Positions 56,101 to 63,518 of a DNA stretch of 64,000 nt are shown here, one piece after another. A program made the position numbers and the translations under genes. Numbering within the stretch: position 1 is the stretch's first letter; each line of letters begins with the position of its first letter. Source of the stretch: a virus; the IMG/VR virus record IMGVR_UViG_3300045988_079296, positions 32,001-96,000 of that record; one strand, 5' to 3'. The notes under the pieces are model-generated. The model was not told where the DNA came from. It did not search any database and saw nothing but the letters and a program-made list of their open reading frames with translations.

Positions 56101-56682
56101 TTCTTGGTTTTGTTTATCTTTTGAATAGTCCTTCGCTACCGTTATTGTTTCACCGATAACGGACTTCACGCCATACTTATCGCAGAAGGTCTGAAAGGAT
56201 AACGCTCCAGCCAACGTATTTCGGTCACATATCCCCAACGCCTTAACTCCAACAAACTTTGCTTTCTTTGCCCATGTATCGCAACCTCCCGAACCATTCA
56301 ATATTTCATATTCGGTATGTACACCAAGATGTGCAAAGTCCATTATGTACTCTTCGCTAATTTTACCAAGATACTTGAAGTCCAAGAATTGTGGCTTGAA
56401 GATAATTTCGTTGTATCGGTTTTTATCCTTCTTTATTCCCGAATAATAGAACTTGCTTCCAAATTCAAAGAGGATGTATTTGACTTTCCCCTCGTCCAGC
56501 ATATCAAATTCTTCATCTGAAAGGATAAACCCAAAGTCCTCGTCAATTATTTTACCATCAAAAGGATGAAGATACAAAAAGTCTCCAACCTCTTCGATAG
56601 AGATAATATCAGAGCCGTCCAACGTTGACTCTGATATTACCATGTGATTATCTTCTATCCACTTTTGTAGATTTTCCGTCAT
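53143..56682 (-). CDS. dnaE: DNA polymerase III alpha subunit (C-family), divergent PHP domain
   Basis: 1179 aa; [80 protein letters not shown]. Confidence 0.95.
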   Translation of the reverse strand: [1179 protein letters not shown]

Positions 56683-57878
56683 AGCTTACCAAGATATTTA
56701 TGCTTCATTGGTTTACTTAACCTTGCTGCAAAGAAGTTCTTTGCTAATATCGACATATCCCAACCGTCCGCACCTTCGGCTTCCAACAACTCAATCTCGG
56801 CAATAGCGGTCTTTCTTATCGCATCCTTTTCAAGAGCCGTTTTTGCAAGCGTCATTTTCTGCTTGTAGAGCACGTATATCTTCAAGAGCTGATAAACGTT
56901 ATAAAAGTAAGTTGAAAACTCTTGTAGCTGCTTAATTTCATCTTGTACGTCAGTCTCTCCGTTCTTTACCCTCATAAGGTTTTCGATAACGATATTCAAG
57001 TGAGCATCTACCTCTCTGAGACGGTTGACCGCTACTTCGTGAGAGAACGCAAAGTCCATCGGTCTTGCTTCGGCTTCGGTTGCCTCATAGAGCGAATGAC
57101 CCATGCCTTGTTGTTGGTATATCTCGTCCATCTTTTGAGCCGTACCATTCCAATCATAAATATGTAAGCTCTGGGAGTTGTGAGTTTGCGTTCCTAACTC
57201 AATACCTAAACAACGGCACATTATCTCGGTAAGGAAGGAGAATTGGAATATGTTCGTAGGCAATCCCCAATGAAGGTCGTTACTTCGGTTTGCGATAGTA
57301 GTTATCAATTTGCCCTTCCGAACTTTCAACTTTATGAGGTCATTGCACGGTATATCCTTACTTTTTGCCCCAAGGTCAAAACTTGGATTCCAAATCGCCA
57401 TTACAACTTGTCTGGTATTCATATTCTCGGATAACAAACGAACCGCATCTGCTACTTGGTCATATCCTTGAGCTGCCGTTACTCCGTTCTCATATTTATC
57501 CTCCGTCCGAATACCCCAGTGGCGAAGTCTGAACCCGTAAGGAGCGTGGAATGTTTTGCCATCATCAGAAAAGTCTTTCATTCGTGCGTTGAAGATTTCC
57601 AAAAATTCCAAATCTTTTCTTCCTACGGCTATCCACATAGCTTCGGCAAGAAGGAAGAAGATGTTTATATCTCTTCCATAACCGCCAACACACCTCGCAA
57701 TGGGATTGGTGATAATAGTTTTGATGTCTAATAATTCTTTAGCATCCCCAGCACGGCTCTCTTCGCTTTCTTGGTTGTTCAAGATGTAGTTATTAATCAC
57801 TGGATAGAGTGCTCCAAATTCCTCCACTTTTGCTACTCCGTAGTCAGGCAGGAAACAATTTGTCTTTGGTAGTCCCAT
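56679..57878 (-). CDS. thymidylate synthase superfamily protein, TS or dUMP hydroxymethylase candidate
   Basis: NMNTRQVVMAIWNP, DIPCNDLIKLKVRKGKLITTIANRSNDLHWGLPTNIFQFSFL, THNSQSLHIYDWN. Confidence 0.85.
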   Translation of the reverse strand: MGLPKTNCFLPDYGVAKVEEFGALYPVINNYILNNQESEESRAGDAKELLDIKTIITNPIARCVGGYGRDINIFFLLAEAMWIAVGRKDLEFLEIFNARMKDFSDDGKTFHAPYGFRLRHWGIRTEDKYENGVTAAQGYDQVADAVRLLSENMNTRQVVMAIWNPSFDLGAKSKDIPCNDLIKLKVRKGKLITTIANRSNDLHWGLPTNIFQFSFLTEIMCRCLGIELGTQTHNSQSLHIYDWNGTAQKMDEIYQQQGMGHSLYEATEAEARPMDFAFSHEVAVNRLREVDAHLNIVIENLMRVKNGETDVQDEIKQLQEFSTYFYNVYQLLKIYVLYKQKMTLAKTALEKDAIRKTAIAEIELLEAEGADGWDMSILAKNFFAARLSKPMKHKYLGKL

Positions 57879-58010
57879 GTCAACACTTAATTTTATTGTT
57901 ATTAATTCAATTTATCTCTCTTCGTTATCTCTATAACTTTGTAACGGTGGAGAAAAGAAAAAGGAGATACTTTTCAGCACCTCCCTTTTCAACGGGTTTT
58001 TTGAGACAGC

Positions 58011-59327
58011 TTATTTCTTTTTAACTGTTTTCTTTGCGGCAGGTTTTGCGGCTTTGGCAGATTTCTTCGGAGCAGGTTTTTCATCCTCGTCCTCCTCTTC
58101 TTCCTCTTCAGGCTCTTCTACTTTCTTGCCTTTCTTAGCAGGTTTCGCCTTTGCTTTCGGCTTTTCCTCTTCGTCCTCATCTTCTTCCTCTTCTTCGGCT
58201 TCCTCCTGCTTAGCAGACTTCTTTCCAGCTTTGTTGTCTTTCTTCAAGCCTTCTTCCATTTTCTTGCGGTTGTCGCCCAATTTCTTGTCGATACCTCCAA
58301 CCAACTTGTCCATGTCTTCCTTAACGGCTTTGATGATTTCAATTGCTTCGCTGGTTTCGATAGCCTTGATGACTGGAGCACCGTTCCAACATTTTTCAAA
58401 TTCCACTTCGGCTTTTTCAAGAACTTCGTACTTGTTGTTCAAGATGAGAAGGAACAGATTGCAGGTCATTACCTGATTTTTGCCTTCGCCCTTCAACGTA
58501 CAATTCTCAAGACTGATAACCGAACGGTTGGAATTTTTACCTTTATGTTTGATAGTCAAACCAGCGGCAATCCATGCGTAGATATAATCCTTTTCGGGGA
58601 ACAACTTCTTCAAGAAGTCAAAATGTTCTCTGTCCTCTTCGTTGTTCTTCGGGTCAAGTTTTGTACCTCTCTTGGAAGGAGCTTTGGCAGCTTTCTTCTC
58701 TTCCTTCTTCGGCTCAGCTTTCTTTCCAGACTTCGGAGCTTCTTTGGTTTCGGTTTTACCCTTGGCGGCAGCGGCTTTCTTCGGAGCAGGTTTTTCTTCC
58801 TCTTCTTCGGCTTCTTCCTCATCGCCCATAGCTTCACGAATTTTCTCACGGATGTCGTCATCTGACCAAGACTTCTTCACGGAGATTTCCAGCTCATTTT
58901 CCTTGATAAAGGTTTTCAGCTCGCTTCTGTCCATTGAATCAAGCTCATCGCCTTCTTCCTCGTTTTCCTCTTCATCGTCCTCATCTTCTTCCTCTTCTTC
59001 GGGTTCAGGCTCAGGCTCAGGTTGCTTTTTGGAAGCAGCTTTCTTACCAGTAGCCTTCTTGGCAGGTTTTTCTTCTTCCTCTTCAACCTCTTCAGCTAAA
59101 GCGTCATTTTCTTCTTCCTCGCTACCTTCGTTGTCGTCATCGTCACCTGCTTCGACAAATGATTCAGCAATTTCTACCAGAGTAGTGATGTCCTCATCGT
59201 CCATCTGTTCAATACCATTCTCTTCCAGAATTTCCAGCAATTTTGGTCTTGCTGCTTCGTCTGTTGTTGCGTTAATGCCTAATGCCTTAACTCTCTTTGC
59301 CACATTGGCGGTCAATTTTGTTGCCAT
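58011..59327 (-). CDS. modular acidic/Lys-rich protein sharing the SAP/HeH-like module of the SSB candidate
   Basis: LDSMDRSELKTFIKENELEISVKKSWSDDDIREKIREAM between E/D/K tracts. Confidence 0.8.
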   Translation of the reverse strand: MATKLTANVAKRVKALGINATTDEAARPKLLEILEENGIEQMDDEDITTLVEIAESFVEAGDDDDNEGSEEEENDALAEEVEEEEEKPAKKATGKKAASKKQPEPEPEPEEEEEDEDDEEENEEEGDELDSMDRSELKTFIKENELEISVKKSWSDDDIREKIREAMGDEEEAEEEEEKPAPKKAAAAKGKTETKEAPKSGKKAEPKKEEKKAAKAPSKRGTKLDPKNNEEDREHFDFLKKLFPEKDYIYAWIAAGLTIKHKGKNSNRSVISLENCTLKGEGKNQVMTCNLFLLILNNKYEVLEKAEVEFEKCWNGAPVIKAIETSEAIEIIKAVKEDMDKLVGGIDKKLGDNRKKMEEGLKKDNKAGKKSAKQEEAEEEEEDEDEEEKPKAKAKPAKKGKKVEEPEEEEEEDEDEKPAPKKSAKAAKPAAKKTVKKK

Positions 59328-59369
59328 CTTTTTTACGATTTTAATTGTTTATAACTAATATTTGTCTAA

Positions 59370-60020
59370 TTATTCCTCATCAAGACTGTACGTTGCGAAC
59401 GTTCTCCGTAGCTGTTGCAATTCGTTTCCGTATTTCTTGATTAAGAAGTTACATTGCATTTCTATTATATCTGCTACTCCAAACGGCTCGTCACCACTGT
59501 CCAAGATTTCTTTTCTTTGCGCCTTCTCTTTGGCGTTGTTAAAGTAAACTTTGGTAAGAATTTTATTGCTATGTCCACGGAGATAAAGACTGAATATTGC
59601 TCGTTCTTTTCCCGTTAAACCTTCCAATAAGTCAATCCCGTTAATAACGAACTTGTTAAGCTCTGGAACTACCTCGTTATCATCTTCCACGCCAAAGTCG
59701 TAATTAATCTCATCAATCCGTACTTTGTAATTCTCTCTTGAAATGTACTTCATGAAGTCTCGCATCTTATTAGCGCATGCTGCTTCTAAGTAATATTTCA
59801 AAGGAACTGGCTTGGCATAACCTTCTTTCCGATATTTCAACCAACGCTTACCGTAGCTCTTTATTGACGTGAATATCTTTATTCGGAACTCTTGTACCAA
59901 ATCATCGAACTCGTAAGAAAGTTGTTCGTATGAATAGATACGGCTTGCGTAACGTTTGGCAAGATATTCATATCTATGGTACAAAATTTCAGAAATTTTT
60001 TGTTTATTATCCATCGCCAT
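59370..60020 (-). CDS. sigma-70-family-like protein
   Basis: LSYEFDDLVQEFRIKIFTSIKSYGKRW resembles sigma region 2; ...LLEGLTGKERAIFSLYLRGHSNKIL resembles region 4. Confidence 0.6.
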   Translation of the reverse strand: MAMDNKQKISEILYHRYEYLAKRYASRIYSYEQLSYEFDDLVQEFRIKIFTSIKSYGKRWLKYRKEGYAKPVPLKYYLEAACANKMRDFMKYISRENYKVRIDEINYDFGVEDDNEVVPELNKFVINGIDLLEGLTGKERAIFSLYLRGHSNKILTKVYFNNAKEKAQRKEILDSGDEPFGVADIIEMQCNFLIKKYGNELQQLRRTFATYSLDEE

Positions 60021-60047
60021 TTACAATTTGATTTACGATTTATAGTA

Positions 60048-60078
60048 CAAAGGTAAGGACTATTTTCCAAACGGCAAA
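60048..60078 (-). promoter_or_regulatory. Bacteroidota-type promoter TTTG-N19-TACCTTTG
   Basis: caaaggta 60048-60055, CAAA 60075-60078, spacer 19 nt. Confidence 0.8.
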
Positions 60079-60175
60079 ATATTTTTATAAAAAAGTTGAT
60101 TTTACCCAAAGATTTAACTTTTGTTAAGTTTTCCTCAGGTAAAACCAACTCTAAATTGGGTTTTCGTGGCGTTCC

Positions 60176-60616
60176 TTACAATATCCTGCAAACCTCGTCT
60201 TGGGTTGCTTCTTCGTACCTTTCATGCTTAATATTATATAACGTCAATTTGCCATCCTCCGATACTTGGTCAAGCAACCAAATCTCTCCTTTAAAAGAGA
60301 ACTCATTGCCGACTGCGTAATAATTCAAGCGGTCATTCTCGTCCAATTCAAATCTCGGCTTCCCTATTATGGTGAACAATTCGTCTTGGACTTGCTTTAA
60401 TGTAACGTTGTCATTAAAGATACTATTCAAACGGTTTCTTTTTGCTATACTTTCAATCTTTTCCTTTTTATAACCCATTACCCTTTTATAATAGGCTTTG
60501 TCCTTCGGGTTGAAGTATATCTTCCTCCGAAAGTCAGCAAGCAAATACTCCTTCTGCAACTGCAAGAAGTATTCAGCAACCGATAAATTTCTTGTCTTAT
60601 TCCTCTCCATTGTCAT
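60176..60616 (-). CDS. hypothetical protein
   Basis: ORF 146 aa, overlaps the primase start. Confidence 0.7.
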   Translation of the reverse strand: MTMERNKTRNLSVAEYFLQLQKEYLLADFRRKIYFNPKDKAYYKRVMGYKKEKIESIAKRNRLNSIFNDNVTLKQVQDELFTIIGKPRFELDENDRLNYYAVGNEFSFKGEIWLLDQVSEDGKLTLYNIKHERYEEATQDEVCRIL

Positions 60617-61587
60617 TTCAATTTTCCTATCACATCCAAATTAAACTCTCTCGGCTGTTTAAGGTTATTGAAAACCTCCAAAGCCTCATCCGTTGTACAT
60701 TCGTCAATATCTTTTTTCATTGTATAAGTAATACTTGTATTGAAATATTCCTCCAACTCCAAACCATATTTTTTAATATCTTTGAGAGCGTCAAAGTCAT
60801 ATAACAAAACAACATTCTCTACACCCCTCATGATAAGTTTCCTGCGTTGTTCCTCGCTTATCTTCTTACCGAACGTACAAACGCATTTTATTTCGTCAAT
60901 ATCCCAAAGCTGGAGAACCTTGTCAACCGCTATCTTGTCAAATATACCTTCTACCAATATAACGGTTTCCGTCTTATCTTTTATTATTTCGTCATACCCA
61001 AATAACAATTGACCGAACTCCGTATTGGAACTATTATTATATCGGAGCTTATCTGATGGAACTCGTTTTGCTCCGTAACGTCCCAAGAACCCTCTCACCT
61101 CTCCATTATCGTATATTGGGATGATAACATAATTCTTGTATTTACGGTACAAATCAGTAGCTCCGATATTATAACGCTTGCAATCTTCGGGTGTAATGCC
61201 TCTATCCAATAAATACGGTGTGCTTTTAGCACTTATCTTCCACCCCACAGGTAACTTCTTCACGGGAAGAAGTTCCAATGCTTCTTCGTGCTCTTCCATT
61301 TCCTCTTCAAGTAACAACTTAATGCTCTTGATTTGCTCTCTATCTTCTACCGTAGCACCGCCAAGAAGGTAGGTTTTATTTAATTGTTTGAGAAGTTTGT
61401 AGATACTCCCGTACTCACCGCACTTCTTACAATCCCAAAGTTGAGTTTCCTTAGATATATAGAAGTGTTGAGCCTTACCGCAGAAAGGACAATCGCAAAT
61501 GTATTGCCCCCTTCGGTTTAAGGTTGGATTGATAAGAAGGTCTTTCAAATCCGCATCATCAATCTTCCTCGTTCTCTTCTTTTTCAT
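60613..61587 (-). CDS. DnaG-like DNA primase (zinc finger plus Toprim)
   Basis: YICDCPFCGKAQHFYISKETQLWDCKKCGEYGS; VILVEGIFDKIAVD; VVLLYDFDALKD. Confidence 0.9.
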   Translation of the reverse strand: MKKKRTRKIDDADLKDLLINPTLNRRGQYICDCPFCGKAQHFYISKETQLWDCKKCGEYGSIYKLLKQLNKTYLLGGATVEDREQIKSIKLLLEEEMEEHEEALELLPVKKLPVGWKISAKSTPYLLDRGITPEDCKRYNIGATDLYRKYKNYVIIPIYDNGEVRGFLGRYGAKRVPSDKLRYNNSSNTEFGQLLFGYDEIIKDKTETVILVEGIFDKIAVDKVLQLWDIDEIKCVCTFGKKISEEQRRKLIMRGVENVVLLYDFDALKDIKKYGLELEEYFNTSITYTMKKDIDECTTDEALEVFNNLKQPREFNLDVIGKLK

Positions 61588-62935
61588 CCCAATCGGTGTT
61601 TAACGTTCTTACACGGTCATAGAACCTCGCATAAGCAAAGTTGTTACAAATATGTATTGGGTCGCCATTCTTATAGTCTCGGAGCTTATCTGTATGAATG
61701 CGCATGATTTCCTCTCGCATTTCATCACGGGTTTGGTTAATCGTAATGAATATATCGAAAGGTCTGATTTTACCTTTATCCTCCGACAGTTGAGCACGGG
61801 TGATAACGAATTGGGGGTCATTCTTTTGTTCCTCCGCTATATTACTGGATTGGGTTGCCGTATGAACTACCGCATTAAACTCCATCGCCAAGGTCTTCAT
61901 TCCCTTCGCAAGTTTAGCTTGTCGGAAACGTTCATCTTTTGGCATATAAAGAATACCATCGCCAACCTCTAACAACTCCAAGTAGTCTATGATAATAACG
62001 TCTATCTTACCATAGATTTTCTCCATTTCTTTCAGCTCCCTACGAACGTCAACAAGGCTCTTACCTCCCCATTTCTCTTCGGAGCTTACAATAACATCGG
62101 ACTTGCGCAACTTCTTAATGATACGTTGCGTTACTTTCATCTTTTTATCCGATATATTGCCTTGCTTAACGTCTTGATAAAGCGTTCCTGTCCAAGCTGC
62201 ATCGTAACGATTCAAACATTGCTCTTTCGTTCCTTCCAACTGGAAGTGGGCTACCCTGAACCCCTGCCTTGCGGCTGATATCCCAAGAGAAGTCAAACAT
62301 TGACTCTTACCAGATCCTGAATCTCCTAACCAAAGAACGCATTCACCCGTCTCTGGGCCACCGAACTCTCCGCCCAAACGATAATCAATTTCATCAATTC
62401 CCGTAGGTATCTTGAAACGAAAGTTGTAATCTTCGCTCTTTCTCTTCGCTTGTCGCTCGGAGAAGTCCGCAAAGACGGTTTCAAACTTCGGCTTCATTAT
62501 GGAGAATTTGGAAAAGTCCTCGGCATACTTAACGAATGTATCATATGCTTTGTCCTTTTCTCCACGGTTGTATATATCCGCTATCTTATCATTAACTTCA
62601 ATGAACTTCATACGCTTGATGAAGTCCTCAAAGCTCTTCATCAAATCATCCTCGAAGTTATCTTCATCATCAAACTCAACATCGACTATCTCTCCCAACA
62701 AATCAAGAACCTTCTCTGAATCAGCAAACTGTTGTTGAGCTATACCGATTGTTGGCGTTCTTCCCGTCCTATCATAATGCTTAACCGCCCATTGCCATAA
62801 CTGTTTTTCAGCTTCTGTTTGTAAGAAGGAGAATTTCAGATACTCACGTATTGTATCAAAAACTCCCCTTCTTTGGAACGCAGCCGCAAATAGCTCGTTG
62901 ATATAATTACTCGTCAAAGAATTATTTCTTGCCAT
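61559..62935 (-). CDS. dnaB: DnaB-like replicative helicase
   Basis: VLWLGDSGSGKSQCLTSLGISAARQGFRVAHFQLE, VDVIIIDYLELLEV, AVVHTATQSS. Confidence 0.88.
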   Translation of the reverse strand: MARNNSLTSNYINELFAAAFQRRGVFDTIREYLKFSFLQTEAEKQLWQWAVKHYDRTGRTPTIGIAQQQFADSEKVLDLLGEIVDVEFDDEDNFEDDLMKSFEDFIKRMKFIEVNDKIADIYNRGEKDKAYDTFVKYAEDFSKFSIMKPKFETVFADFSERQAKRKSEDYNFRFKIPTGIDEIDYRLGGEFGGPETGECVLWLGDSGSGKSQCLTSLGISAARQGFRVAHFQLEGTKEQCLNRYDAAWTGTLYQDVKQGNISDKKMKVTQRIIKKLRKSDVIVSSEEKWGGKSLVDVRRELKEMEKIYGKIDVIIIDYLELLEVGDGILYMPKDERFRQAKLAKGMKTLAMEFNAVVHTATQSSNIAEEQKNDPQFVITRAQLSEDKGKIRPFDIFITINQTRDEMREEIMRIHTDKLRDYKNGDPIHICNNFAYARFYDRVRTLNTDWDEKEENEED

Positions 62936-63518
62936 AACCTCTCTTTACATATATTTTTGGATATTGTTTTTCAAGCAATTCCTTACATTCTCCTTTAAAT
63001 TTACATACGGTACAAAGAGAACTGCGATGGTGAAATAGCGTTGTGTTAGCTATGCACCAAGCATATCCCCGTTCCGTATTGTGATAAGCCTTTTTGAAGT
63101 TTTCTTCGGCAGGTCTTATCTTCTGAATTAACTCTGCTATCTTAGACGTTCGGTTGACTTTAGGTTTGTAAATTCCCAATTTCTTTATGTGTCCTTGGAC
63201 AATCCTTCGGTTTGTGGTTGGGTCAAAAGCTCTATAACGTTTTATAGCAGCTTTACCAAACATCCACCCGAACCGAACTGAACGTGAGTAGTCTTTTTCA
63301 GTACCCGTATTGAACCAACTTTGAAAGCCGTATTCAAGAAAGGTATTGATAAAGTCCGTTCCGATAATATTGGTATCAAACTCGTCTATGAATGCTTGCC
63401 AAGCGGCAACATCGGCATCGTTGCATTTATAGTTCACCCTTCGCTTGGTAATATTCTCAAGCATATCTATGAACATATCAACCGCCTGACGATATAATTG
63501 TCTTTCTTTTCTTGTCAT
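62922..63518 (-). CDS. hypothetical protein with C-terminal Cys cluster
   Basis: YAWCIANTTLFHHRSSLCTVCKFKGECKELLE. Confidence 0.7.
   Translation of the reverse strand: MTRKERQLYRQAVDMFIDMLENITKRRVNYKCNDADVAAWQAFIDEFDTNIIGTDFINTFLEYGFQSWFNTGTEKDYSRSVRFGWMFGKAAIKRYRAFDPTTNRRIVQGHIKKLGIYKPKVNRTSKIAELIQKIRPAEENFKKAYHNTERGYAWCIANTTLFHHRSSLCTVCKFKGECKELLEKQYPKIYVKRGYGKK

Noticed and set aside
59879-60148. Minus ORF 59879..60148
   Set aside because: Spans the promoter and leader of the sigma-like gene and overlaps its start in another frame
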